DNA from: Deinococcales bacterium
Lineage (GTDB): Bacteria > Deinococcota > Deinococci > Deinococcales > JAAFIG01
Reading direction: 5' to 3'
Assembly (NCBI GenBank): GCA_043778225.1
Contig: JAYWGM010000018.1
Location: 1 to 40,140 of the forward strand
Length of the DNA: 40,140 bases
The notes beneath the pieces were generated by a model that had not been told where the DNA came from, made no database searches, and worked only from the letters and a program-made list of their open reading frames with translations. Positions 18,471 to 27,951 of the stretch are shown in pieces; position 1 is the first letter of the stretch; each line of letters begins with the position of its first letter. The translations under genes were made by a program, and so were the position numbers.

Positions 18471-19703
18471 ATGCGCCAGATACTCGAGGAAACGTTTTTT
18501 GCGGCTCTGGCTGCTACACATCCTGCTAAATTGGTTCAGAAAAACTTGCCCCACAAAGCCCCAAATTTTATTCTAGCCATCGGAAAAGCTGCCCTGACCA
18601 TGCTCGAGGCAGCCCGAGAAGCCTATCCCGAAGTGCCTTTTCTGGCTGTGCCGCCCAATGGTACGGATTTACAACTCGAGTTTGGCGAAATTATTTTTGG
18701 CTCACATCCAATTCCAAGTTTGCGAAGTGTGAAAGCTGCCGAACGAGCGCTAGAAATTCTCGAGAACTTGACCGAGTTTCAGCACGTCTTGATGCTCATT
18801 TCGGGCGGCGGTAGCTCAATTTTTTGTGCGCCGTGGGGCGTGACACTCGAGCAAAAACAAGATTTAACAAGGCAATTATTACAATCTGGAGCGGATATTA
18901 CCGAAATTAACACGGTTCGTAAAAACCTTTCTCGAGTCAAAGGCGGACGTTTAGCCGCCTCCACCAAAGCCAGCGTAACAGCCCTGATTCTCTCGGATGT
19001 GGTTGGCGACGACCCAAGTGTTATCGCTTCGGGTTTGACTGCTGCGAACACCAGCACTTTTGAACAGGCTTTAGCCATTCTTGAGAAATACAACATCAAG
19101 GCACCAGAAGCCTTGGCACAACTGATGAGTAGCGTTCAGGGCAAAATTGCTCAAACCGCACGCGATTTTGGTTCTCGAGTCCAAAATATTATTATCGGCT
19201 CAAATGTAATGCTTCTGAATGCCGCTAAAAGTCACCTTGAGTCACAAAATATTCAAAGCCTTATTCTGTCTGACCAATTCACAGGCGAGACTCGAGACTT
19301 GGCTGGTTTTCACGCTGCGATGATCAAAAGCATTCGTCAGCATCAGCAACCAGTGTCAGCCCCAATCATGCTGATTTCAGGCGGTGAGGCTACTGTTACC
19401 GTGCGCGGCAACGGTTTTGGCGGACGCAATCAAGAATTTATGTTGTGGTTATTGCAAAATCTGGGCGAAACCGGCGTTCATGCGCTATCGGCAGGTTCGG
19501 ATGGCATAGATGGAAATAGCCTTGCCGCCGGTGCGTTTTTAAGCCCAGACAGCCATACTCGCGCCAGAGCGCAACACCTCGAGATTCAGCGCTACTTAGC
19601 CAACAATGATTCAGCCACGTTCTTTTCTAAACTTGAGGATTCGTTTATAACAGGTGCGACAGGGCATAACCTCAACGACATTCGGCTGATTTTTGTGGAA
19701 TAA
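18471..19703 (+). CDS. Glycerate 2-kinase, MOFRL/TtuD type
   Basis: AIGKAA, SHPIP, LISGGGSS, VKGGRL, LSDVVGDD, ISGGEATV, GGRNQE, DGIDG, TGHNLND. Confidence 0.88.
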   Translation: MRQILEETFFAALAATHPAKLVQKNLPHKAPNFILAIGKAALTMLEAAREAYPEVPFLAVPPNGTDLQLEFGEIIFGSHPIPSLRSVKAAERALEILENLTEFQHVLMLISGGGSSIFCAPWGVTLEQKQDLTRQLLQSGADITEINTVRKNLSRVKGGRLAASTKASVTALILSDVVGDDPSVIASGLTAANTSTFEQALAILEKYNIKAPEALAQLMSSVQGKIAQTARDFGSRVQNIIIGSNVMLLNAAKSHLESQNIQSLILSDQFTGETRDLAGFHAAMIKSIRQHQQPVSAPIMLISGGEATVTVRGNGFGGRNQEFMLWLLQNLGETGVHALSAGSDGIDGNSLAAGAFLSPDSHTRARAQHLEIQRYLANNDSATFFSKLEDSFITGATGHNLNDIRLIFVE

Positions 19704-19748
19704 CCCGCAGTTGCCTTTGATAACTGCAATTTGTTAGCCTAACGCCCA

Positions 19749-20579
19749 ATGAGTTGGCTCGAGCATCTGATTTCCCTAAAAAACACTGCTACGCCTGTGG
19801 TGATGGTCACATTGATTGCGGTTCGTGGTCATGCGCCTCGAGAAATTGGTGCAAAAATGCTGGTGACGAGCGATAAAAATTTTGACACCATCGGCGGTGG
19901 GAATCTCGAGGCGGTGGCAACCGAAATTGCTCGTGGGATGCTCGAGAAAAAGTCAACCCAACCACTGCGCCAAGTCCTAAAACTAACCCATGAGCAAAGC
20001 CTTTTTGGGGTGCAGTGTTGCGGTGGCGAAGTTGAAATGTTATTCGAGCCAGTCGCCACAACTCGAGCTTGTGTCGCTATTTTTGGGGTTGGTCATGTCG
20101 GTTTGGCGCTTGCCAAGGTGCTGAGTATTTTACCGGTAAACTTATGGCTGATTGATTCACGCCCCGAAATGCTTAGCACCGAGCGCTTAAAGCCGCTCGA
20201 GTTTAGTAGCGCGAAACTGTATCCGCATTCAATGCCAGTTTTGGATGGAATAGTACAAGAATTACCATCTGGAGCGCATAGTATCATCATGACTCATGAC
20301 CACAGCGAAGATTTATTTGTGCTAAAAGCTGCCCTTGCTCGAAGCGACTTAGGGTTTATTGGCTTAATTGGTTCAAGCACCAAATGGCAAATTTTTAAGA
20401 AAAAGCTGCTCGAGGCTGGATTCTCTAATCTTCTTAGGGTCACCACCCCAATTGGGCTGCCCGAAATTCAGGGCAAAACCCCAGAAATTATTGCGATTGC
20501 CGTGGCTGCCCAGTTAATTGGGTATTTACAGCCACAAAGCCAAAATCTCGAGCCAAGTCTGGAACTTATCAATGTCTAA
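19749..20579 (+). CDS. xdhC: Xanthine dehydrogenase accessory protein
   Basis: GHAPREIGAKM, TIGGGNLE, QCCGG, FGVGHVG, MTHDHSED, GLIGS.TK, GKTPEIIA. Confidence 0.92.
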   Translation: MSWLEHLISLKNTATPVVMVTLIAVRGHAPREIGAKMLVTSDKNFDTIGGGNLEAVATEIARGMLEKKSTQPLRQVLKLTHEQSLFGVQCCGGEVEMLFEPVATTRACVAIFGVGHVGLALAKVLSILPVNLWLIDSRPEMLSTERLKPLEFSSAKLYPHSMPVLDGIVQELPSGAHSIIMTHDHSEDLFVLKAALARSDLGFIGLIGSSTKWQIFKKKLLEAGFSNLLRVTTPIGLPEIQGKTPEIIAIAVAAQLIGYLQPQSQNLEPSLELINV

Positions 20580-22062
20580 TTTTCTCGAGTTACGCGGTAT
20601 CACCAAGCGTTTTCCGGGCGTGATTGCCAACAACAACGTTTCACTCGAGGTCAAAAGCGGCGAAGTGCTGGCGCTGCTCGGCGAAAATGGAGCTGGTAAA
20701 AGCACTTTAATCAGTATCTTGTACGGCTTATATCGCCCCGACGAAGGACAGATTTTACTCGAGGGTCAGCCCGTTCAGATTTCCTCGCCTAGCCATGCCC
20801 TAAAACTTGGCATTGGGCTTGTGCCACAGCATCCAGTCTTGGTCAGTCGTCATACGGTCGCCGAGAATCTGGCACTTGGGCTGGGTGGCTGGTTTCCAGC
20901 CCAACGAATTGCGCCAAAAATTGTCCAATTGGCAAATGAATACGGCTTAACCATAGACCCCAATGCTAAAATCAGTCAGTTATCGCCGGGCGAAAAACAA
21001 CGGGTCGAAATTGTACGGGCATTGCTTGGTGGCGCTCGAGTGCTGATTCTCGATGAACCAACCAGTGTTTTAACGCCTCAAGAAGCTGAAGCACTTTTTG
21101 TGGTTATGCGGAGTCTGCGCCAAGCGGGGAAATCTTTAATTTTTATTTCCCATAAGCTCGAGGAAGTGCTGGCAATCACTGACCGAATTACGGTGCTGCG
21201 CCGTGGACAAGTGGTCGGCGAACTCGAGACCATCAGCGCCACCAAAGCTAAACTTGCCGAGTTAATGGTCGGGCGCAATGTAGATTTTACTCGTAAACGC
21301 CAAGCCAGCCGTTTTGGTCTGCCACTACTCGAGCTACAAAATCTATGCGCCTTCAATAGCCGAGGGCTGGAAGGGCTTAAAAATATCAATTTAACCTTGC
21401 ATCAAGGCGAAGTGCTGGGCGTGGCTGGTGTGGCTGGCAATGGGCAATCAGAACTGATTGAAGTTTTGGCTGGCTTACACCCAAAAAGCTCAGGGATAGT
21501 GTTGTTAAAAGGGCAGCCACTCGAGTCCGACCCAGCCACACGCTTTGCAATGGGTGTGGCGCACATCCCCGAAGACCGAATCAAAATGGGAACAGTGCCA
21601 AGCATGAGTGTTGCCGAAAATCTGAGTTTGCGAACTTACGCCAAGCCACCACTTGCGACAGGTTTTATGCGAAATCAAAAAGCCCTCGAGCAGAACGCCC
21701 AAAACAAAATTCTCGAGTTTAGTATTGCCACGCCAAGCAGCCAGACCCCAAGCCGACTTTTATCGGGTGGCAACATCCAAAAAGTAATTCTGGCACGCGA
21801 ACTGAGCGGGCAAGCCAAGCTGATTCTGGCAGTCCACCCGACGTATGGCTTAGACATTGGTGCAACCGACCAAGTGCATTCGGTGCTGCTCGAGCAGACC
21901 AAAGCTGGGGCGGCGGTGCTGCTGGTTTCTGAAGACCTCGAGGAACTGCTTTCGTTGTCCGATAGAATTGCGGTGTTGTACCACGGACAACTCAAAGGTC
22001 CTTTTGCAGTAAGCGACATCTCGAGAGAACAAATCGGGCTTTACATGACGGGAGCAGCATGA
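20572..22062 (+). CDS. Nucleoside/purine ABC transporter ATP-binding protein (two ATPase halves)
   Basis: GENGAGKST, LILDEPT, ISHKL, GVAGNGQSE, LSGGNIQK. Start ATG 20572. Confidence 0.9.
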   Translation: MSNFLELRGITKRFPGVIANNNVSLEVKSGEVLALLGENGAGKSTLISILYGLYRPDEGQILLEGQPVQISSPSHALKLGIGLVPQHPVLVSRHTVAENLALGLGGWFPAQRIAPKIVQLANEYGLTIDPNAKISQLSPGEKQRVEIVRALLGGARVLILDEPTSVLTPQEAEALFVVMRSLRQAGKSLIFISHKLEEVLAITDRITVLRRGQVVGELETISATKAKLAELMVGRNVDFTRKRQASRFGLPLLELQNLCAFNSRGLEGLKNINLTLHQGEVLGVAGVAGNGQSELIEVLAGLHPKSSGIVLLKGQPLESDPATRFAMGVAHIPEDRIKMGTVPSMSVAENLSLRTYAKPPLATGFMRNQKALEQNAQNKILEFSIATPSSQTPSRLLSGGNIQKVILARELSGQAKLILAVHPTYGLDIGATDQVHSVLLEQTKAGAAVLLVSEDLEELLSLSDRIAVLYHGQLKGPFAVSDISREQIGLYMTGAA

Positions 22063-22105
22063 CCCAGACGACAGTTGGTGCAGCATGACCCAGACGACAG
22101 TTGGT
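22054..22105 (+). repeat. Perfect 26-bp tandem duplication at the ATPase/permease junction
   Basis: GCAGCATGACCCAGACGACAGTTGGT at 22054-22079 and 22080-22105. Confidence 0.95.
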
Positions 22106-22110
22106 ATGGC

Positions 22111-23166
22111 ATGATTCGTTTTGTTGCTGACCCCAGCCCAAGCCCATACCGTGCTGTTTGGGTTTCGCTGAGCGCGATTCTGTTTGCAGCTTTGGTGGCT
22201 GGTGGCTTGTTTGCCGCTTACGGCAGTAACCCGCTCGAGGTTTATGCCACGATGCTCAAAGGTACGTTGCTCGAGACCCAAGGATTGGCAGAAGTCGCAC
22301 GGCGCACGATTCCACTGCTGCTTGTTGGTGTTGGTTTGACCTTGGCTTTTCGGGCGCAGTTTTTTAACATTGGGGCAGAGGGGCAAATGTTGTTTGGGGC
22401 GGTCTTTGCTGCCATCGTGCCACTTTTTTTTCCACTTGGTGTGTTCTCGATTCCAGTCATGATGATTTTGGGCGCAATCGGCGGTGGATTAGGCGCACTT
22501 TTGGCAGCTTGGTTGCGACAGCGTTTTTCGGTCAATGAAATTTTATCCACTTTAATGCTTAATTATGGTGCATATTACCTTGTGCTGTACCTGATTGCTG
22601 GACCTTGGAAAGGGAAAAATGTACGCGGTTTTATTTACACCGATGAATTCCCAGACTTCGCCCAGATGCCGCTTATTGGCGGAACACTGGTGCATTATCC
22701 AAGCCTGATTCTAGGGATTATCGCCGCGATTGGTTTGCAGATTTTATTATCAAAAACCACGCTTGGCTTTGAACTGAGGGTGGTTGGTGAAAACGCTGGT
22801 GCAGCCCGTTACACTGGTATTTCTGTGCCGCGCATCGTGATTATCATGGCAGCCATCACTGGCGGATTGGCGGGCATCGCTGGGGCAGCCGAAGTTTCGG
22901 CAATCCACCATCGTTTACTCGAGCCAGCCCAGATTAGCTTGGGCTACGGTTTTACGGCAATTATTGTGGCGTGGTTGGCTCGAGGCAACCCTGCACTGGT
23001 ACTGATTACCGCGCCGTTTATGGGAATCATCTTGGCTGGTGGCGATTTACTTAAAATTGTGCTGAATATGCCTTTTCGCGTGGTGGATGTCTTTAGTGGC
23101 GTGATGCTTTTGTCGCTCATCGCCTCCGAGATTTTTATCAATAACCGCTTAAAATGGGGGAAATAA
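22111..23166 (+). CDS. Nucleoside/purine ABC transporter permease
   Basis: FNIGAEGQ, VNEILSTLMLNY, GYGFTAIIVAWLA. Start ATG 22111. Confidence 0.88.
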   Translation: MIRFVADPSPSPYRAVWVSLSAILFAALVAGGLFAAYGSNPLEVYATMLKGTLLETQGLAEVARRTIPLLLVGVGLTLAFRAQFFNIGAEGQMLFGAVFAAIVPLFFPLGVFSIPVMMILGAIGGGLGALLAAWLRQRFSVNEILSTLMLNYGAYYLVLYLIAGPWKGKNVRGFIYTDEFPDFAQMPLIGGTLVHYPSLILGIIAAIGLQILLSKTTLGFELRVVGENAGAARYTGISVPRIVIIMAAITGGLAGIAGAAEVSAIHHRLLEPAQISLGYGFTAIIVAWLARGNPALVLITAPFMGIILAGGDLLKIVLNMPFRVVDVFSGVMLLSLIASEIFINNRLKWGK

Positions 23167-24038
23167 TGGATGAGATTCTCGGCGCGGTCTTGCGGGCGTT
23201 ATCGTTTGGCACACCACTTTTATTGGCAACACTGGGCGCAATCATCAATGAACGGGCTGGCGTGGTCAATCTTGGGGTCGAAGGGATGATGATTCTGGGT
23301 GCTTTGGCTGGCTTTGCAGTAGCTTACGGCGACGGCACGGGCAACGGCAGTTTATATTTGGCGGTACTGGCTGCGATGCTGGTTGGTGCTTTGGCAGCCC
23401 TACTTCATGCTTTTGTAACCATTACGCTACGCGCTAATCAATTTGTCTCTGGGCTGGCTTTAACCATGCTTGGGCTTGGTATTTCTGGCTTACTTGGCAA
23501 GCGCTTTGAAGGAATGCCGCTTTTTAACCAAGCTCCCGAATATCCTTTTACAATCGCCGCCGTACTGCTGGCACTTTTATTAGCATTTTTATTGTCGGCT
23601 ACCCACTTAGGCTTAATGCTGCGCTCGATTGGCGAAAACCCTGCTGCCGCCGATGTACTTGGCATGAATGTGGTATTGGTTCGCTATATCGCCGTGGCAT
23701 TTGGTGGCGCAATGGCGGGGGCGGCTGGCGCTTTTTTAAGCATCGCCTCGAGACCATCGTGGACGGACGGGATGACGGTTGGCTTAGGCTGGGTAGCGGT
23801 GGCGCTGGTTATTTTTGTCGGCTGGAATCCATTGCGAGCAATTGCTGGCTCGTTTTTCTTTGGGCTGTTGTACTATCTGCAATTTGCCCTGCAAGGTAAA
23901 ATCGGTATCCCATCCGAAGTTTTTGCTGCCATGCCGTATTTATTGGTGATTGTGGTTTTGGCTTTGGCTGGCTCGAGAGGACGACAGGGCGCAGCCCCCG
24001 AAAGCCTAGGCAAACCGTATATTCGCGGCGAACGATGA
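23166..24038 (+). CDS. Nucleoside/purine ABC transporter permease 2
   Basis: ERAGVVNLGVEGMM, ANQFVSGLA, GENPAAAD, PYLLVIVVL, PESLGKPY; TAATG overlap. Confidence 0.88.
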   Translation: MDEILGAVLRALSFGTPLLLATLGAIINERAGVVNLGVEGMMILGALAGFAVAYGDGTGNGSLYLAVLAAMLVGALAALLHAFVTITLRANQFVSGLALTMLGLGISGLLGKRFEGMPLFNQAPEYPFTIAAVLLALLLAFLLSATHLGLMLRSIGENPAAADVLGMNVVLVRYIAVAFGGAMAGAAGAFLSIASRPSWTDGMTVGLGWVAVALVIFVGWNPLRAIAGSFFFGLLYYLQFALQGKIGIPSEVFAAMPYLLVIVVLALAGSRGRQGAAPESLGKPYIRGER

Positions 24039-24105
24039 TTACTTCGAGTTTTAGTTGCACAATAAGACTTGTAAATTATCTATAAAGCAGCTATCATTGT
24101 TTCAG

Positions 24106-24138
24106 ACAGGCGGTTGGGCTATACGCTCAACCGCCTGT
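24106..24138. terminator. Hairpin between convergent permease and aceB (terminator or REP-like)
   Basis: ACAGGCGGTTGGGC-TATAC-GCTCAACCGCCTGT, 14-bp stem with one G.T pair. Confidence 0.6.
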
Positions 24139-24251
24139 ACAATTTTACTGCTTCAAAATCCCTGTAACTCTTGCCCATGATTCAATAATTTGTGGCAGAA
24201 CCACGCAGATAGAAGTACAAAAAGATTATGAAAATCTGTTTCCACTAAAAT

Positions 24252-25796
24252 TCACTCGAGAATTTGATACGCGCTGGTCGTCAAAAACTCCGCAAATGGT
24301 TCGGCGGTCGTATCAATCAACAGTTTCGCTGCTTCTTCAAAACGCTTACCCTCAGCCCTAAACTGCTCGAGATTCGCCGCAATTGTTTGCAGCACCAAAG
24401 CTCGAGTCACCACACTGCCATCCTCGAGCTTAACCGCATGATGCACCCATTGCCAGAGTTGCGCCCGACTGATTTCGGCGGTTGCCGCATCCTCCATTAA
24501 ATTGTTAATCGGCACTGCCCCACTGCCGCGCAACCATGCCTCGAGATACTGCAATGCCACCGAAACATTTTGCTGCACCCCGTTTAAGGTGATGGCTTCG
24601 TTTGGCACGGTCAATAAATCCGACTCGAGAACGGGCTGGGTTGGCATTTTAGAAATTTGGTTTGGGGTTGGCATCAGGCGGTTAAAAACCTCAAGCGCCA
24701 CAGGAACAAGCCCCGGATGCGCCACCCAAGTGCCATCGTGACCATCGCCGGCTTCGCGTTCTTTATCGAGCCGCACTTGCTCAAAAGCTCGAGCATTGGC
24801 GGCTTCGTCATTTTTGACTGGAATAAAGGCGCTCATGCCACCAATCGCTGGGGCTTGACGCTTGTGGCAAGTTTGAATCGCCAGCCTCGAGTACGAGCGC
24901 ATCATCTGGGTTGCCATTGTTACTTTGGCGCGGTCTGGCAAAATGTATTTGGGGTCGTGACCGAGTTTTTTAATAAAGCTAAAAATATAATCCCAACGCC
25001 CACAATTTAAGCCGCTCGAGTGATGGCGCAGTTCGTACAAAATCTCTTCCATTTCAAAAGAAGCCAGAATTGTCTCGATTAAGACCGTCGCCCGAATTGT
25101 GCCTTGTGGCACATGGCAGTAGTCTTGGGCAAAGACAAAAACATCGTTCCAAAGCCGAGCCTCGAGATGTGATTCGAGTTTTGGTAAGTAAAAATATGGG
25201 GCTGAGCCTCGAGCCAACAAGACCTGAACATTATTAAAAAAGTAAATCCCAAAGTCAAACAACGACCCAGAAACCGCCTTGCCATCTAGCAGCACATGGC
25301 GTTCCTCGAGATGCCAACCACGCGGACGGACTTTTAGGGTTGCCACCGTTTCGTTTAAGCGGTACGACTTTTCGCCTTGCTCGAGCGAGATGGTGCGCTT
25401 ATTGGCATCCAGCAAATTGATTTGACCAAGGGTGGTGTTTGACCAAGTTGGACTGTTGGCATCTTCAAAATCCGCCATAAAAACTTTTGCGCCAGAGTTC
25501 AGGGCGTTAATCACCATTTTGCGGTCTACTGGACCCGTAATTTCGGTGCGGCGGTCTTGAAGGTCGAGCGGCAAGGCGGCTACCTGCCAATCGGCAGCGC
25601 GAACATGAGCGGTTTGGGGCAGAAAATGCGGCAGTTCTCCATTTTTAAGGCGCACTGCCCGTTCGGCTCGAGCCGCCAATAATTCTTGTCTGCGACCGCC
25701 AAACTTTTGCTCGAGTTGCGCCACAAATTCAAGGGCTTGGCTCGAGAAAACAGCGCTGGCAATCTCTGGAACTGGTTTAGTCAAAGTTAAAGTCAT
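24252..25796 (-). CDS. aceB: Malate synthase A
   Basis: [48 protein letters not shown]. Start ATG 25796 after TATACT-N5. Confidence 0.95.
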   Translation of the reverse strand: MTLTLTKPVPEIASAVFSSQALEFVAQLEQKFGGRRQELLAARAERAVRLKNGELPHFLPQTAHVRAADWQVAALPLDLQDRRTEITGPVDRKMVINALNSGAKVFMADFEDANSPTWSNTTLGQINLLDANKRTISLEQGEKSYRLNETVATLKVRPRGWHLEERHVLLDGKAVSGSLFDFGIYFFNNVQVLLARGSAPYFYLPKLESHLEARLWNDVFVFAQDYCHVPQGTIRATVLIETILASFEMEEILYELRHHSSGLNCGRWDYIFSFIKKLGHDPKYILPDRAKVTMATQMMRSYSRLAIQTCHKRQAPAIGGMSAFIPVKNDEAANARAFEQVRLDKEREAGDGHDGTWVAHPGLVPVALEVFNRLMPTPNQISKMPTQPVLESDLLTVPNEAITLNGVQQNVSVALQYLEAWLRGSGAVPINNLMEDAATAEISRAQLWQWVHHAVKLEDGSVVTRALVLQTIAANLEQFRAEGKRFEEAAKLLIDTTAEPFAEFLTTSAYQILE

Positions 25797-25825
25797 GCGG
25801 CAGTATAACAAGCCGCAGACCCGAT

Positions 25826-26338
25826 TTAAGAACCCGAAATGGTCTTGAGCGCTTTATCTTCGGCAGGAATACGAAAACCCAGCAACAAAATCGCATTCAG
25901 GACTGAAAACACAATCGCAGTTATCCATGCGCCAAAAATGAGCGGCGTAACCAGTAACTCGAGCGCCACAACCATATAATTAGGGTGCTTGACCACGCTA
26001 TAAATCCCAGAGCGCACCAGTTTAGCGTTTGGCACAATAATAATTCGGGTATTCCAAAGCCTACCTAGGCTCGAGATAACAACATAGCGCAAGACTTGAG
26101 CGATCAAAAATAGCCCCAGCCAAAGCCACCACAAGCTCGAGAGAACCGCACCGCGCAGCCACCACGCCTCGAGCAGCAGCGCCAGCACCCAACTCGAGTG
26201 CAGTGCCACCATGTAGGGGTAATGTTCTGGGGCGTGTTCTTTACCGCCGTTTGCCAGCGCCCACGCAAGGTTATTTTTAGCATGACGAAGCTCGAGCAGA
26301 CGCTGGATAATGATTAAAGCAACAAGAACAAATAACAC
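25826..26338 (-). CDS. Isoprenylcysteine carboxyl methyltransferase family protein (BpsB/SrsB-like)
   Basis: [50 protein letters not shown] start after TAACAT-N6. Confidence 0.8.
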   Translation of the reverse strand: MLFVLVALIIIQRLLELRHAKNNLAWALANGGKEHAPEHYPYMVALHSSWVLALLLEAWWLRGAVLSSLWWLWLGLFLIAQVLRYVVISSLGRLWNTRIIIVPNAKLVRSGIYSVVKHPNYMVVALELLVTPLIFGAWITAIVFSVLNAILLLGFRIPAEDKALKTISGS

Positions 26339-26396
26339 CCTTTCATGTTACCTGTTTTCTCGATAGGATTTTTGCGAGTTTATGTTCAACAGTGAC

Positions 26397-27395
26397 TCAA
26401 CTCGAGAATTTACGCTTTGGTGCAACTATTTTAATCCCCAAGGCTTTCTGATACGCCACCAAGCGTGTCGGCTCGAGTTTGCCATTGCGAATGGCTTTTT
26501 GTACCACACAACCAAATTCTGTGCTGTGGGTACATTTACGAAACTTGCACTGGGCAGCCAGTGTTTCGATGTCCGAAAAATCTTCGCTTTCCCAAACCGC
26601 AATTTCGCGCAAACCCGGATTATCCACCAACAGTCCACCACTTGGCACAACATACATTGTTCGGGCAGTGGTGGTGTGCTTACCCAAGTGGTCAGTGGTC
26701 TCGCCAGTCAGTGCTGCCTCGCGCCCCAAAATCTGGTTGGTCAGGGTGGACTTGCCAACGCCCGACGAGCCAATTAAAGCCACCGTCTGCCCTGCTTGAA
26801 AATAGGGTGTAAGTTGCTCAAGACCAAGGTTTTGGGTGGCACTTAAAATAAATACAGGCAAACTCGAGGCAATGGTTTTGACTTGCTCGAGAAAAATAGC
26901 TGCATCTGCCACCAAATCGGCTTTGTTCAGAACCACCACAGCTTGTGCGCCGCTATTTTGAACGGCACTGATGTAGCGCGATAGTCTGGGTAGATTAAAA
27001 TCATCATCTAGCCCAAAAACTATCAGCACCGTGTCAACATTGGCGGTCATGACCTGTTGGCTGCTGGCTTTTGGGCGTTGCAGTGTGCCCGCCTGAACCG
27101 CCCTCGAGAACGCTGAGCGCCGTGGTAAAACATGAACAATTCGCAAAGAATCGGCTAAGCGTTGAATCACCACCCAATCGCCAATCACGGGCATAATTTT
27201 ATTTGTGCCATGCAGCAAAGCTCCAGGCAGCAGCGCATTTTCGGCTTGGCTTTGGGTTTGAATTCTAAAAGTTGTGCGGCTCACCCCAGTCACTCGAGCC
27301 GGCAGTAAATCGGGCAAAGATACTTGGTCTATGAATTTTTGGTACTCGGTCGCAAAAAAATCCGACCAACCCAAAGCGTGTAAGGCTTGGTTCAT
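26397..27395 (-). CDS. rsgA: Small ribosomal subunit biogenesis GTPase
   Basis: Circularly permuted GTPase NKAD, GSSGVGKST, GKHTTT, DNPG; Zn site CKFRKCTH...GC. Confidence 0.9.
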   Translation of the reverse strand: MNQALHALGWSDFFATEYQKFIDQVSLPDLLPARVTGVSRTTFRIQTQSQAENALLPGALLHGTNKIMPVIGDWVVIQRLADSLRIVHVLPRRSAFSRAVQAGTLQRPKASSQQVMTANVDTVLIVFGLDDDFNLPRLSRYISAVQNSGAQAVVVLNKADLVADAAIFLEQVKTIASSLPVFILSATQNLGLEQLTPYFQAGQTVALIGSSGVGKSTLTNQILGREAALTGETTDHLGKHTTTARTMYVVPSGGLLVDNPGLREIAVWESEDFSDIETLAAQCKFRKCTHSTEFGCVVQKAIRNGKLEPTRLVAYQKALGIKIVAPKRKFSS

Positions 27396-27418
27396 GCTTT
27401 TCTTAGACCGTTCAACAT
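27392..27418 (-). other. Putative leaderless 8-aa uORF (MLNGLRKA) coupled to rsgA
   Basis: TAGTAT-N6-ATG; its TGA overlaps the rsgA ATG (gcATGA). Confidence 0.4.
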
Positions 27419-27472
27419 GACTTGATACTAGCAGTCTGAGGCAAAAAAACCAATTCTCGAGTACAATCAGTC

Positions 27473-27916
27473 ATGAAAAACTTTTGGGTCTTGGGTTGTG
27501 TAGCTCTTTTGGCTTCTTGCGCTCCGGGTGTCTCGAGTGCGCCCAAGGTTTGTCCGCCCGAACTCAGCACCCCAATTCTCTCGAGCAGTCTTACCCCAGA
27601 CACCGAGCCAGATTCGTTTTGCTTTTCGGATGTGGTTGGTGTTGAACCAGACCCCGTTAAGCCGATTTTATCCAACAGCATCACGGTGCGCGGGATTAAC
27701 CAAATTGTGCCAATCCGAGCCAGCAACGGCACAACTGTCTACGTCAACGACCAGTACCTCGAGTATTTTTCGGACAGTTCGGGGCTAAAAACCGTCAAAG
27801 CTGGCGATAAAGTCAGGGTCGCGGTCAGTGCCAGCAATATGCTCGGTACAGACACCCTCAGCACCATCAGTATTGGTTCGGTCTCGAGTACCTTTCGGGT
27901 CACGACCAAACGCTAA
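27473..27916 (+). CDS. Small lipoprotein with a beta-rich Ig-like repeat domain
   Basis: Lipobox LLASC; DTEPDSF.FSD...SNSITVRGIN...FRVTT; TACAAT-N5-ATG. Confidence 0.7.
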   Translation: MKNFWVLGCVALLASCAPGVSSAPKVCPPELSTPILSSSLTPDTEPDSFCFSDVVGVEPDPVKPILSNSITVRGINQIVPIRASNGTTVYVNDQYLEYFSDSSGLKTVKAGDKVRVAVSASNMLGTDTLSTISIGSVSSTFRVTTKR

Positions 27917-27951
27917 AAGTATTTCGTAAGCCAAATACGGTAAACTAGGCT

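Noticed and set aside
22054..22105. Possible mini CRISPR array
   Set aside because: Two directly abutting copies, no spacer and no cas genes.
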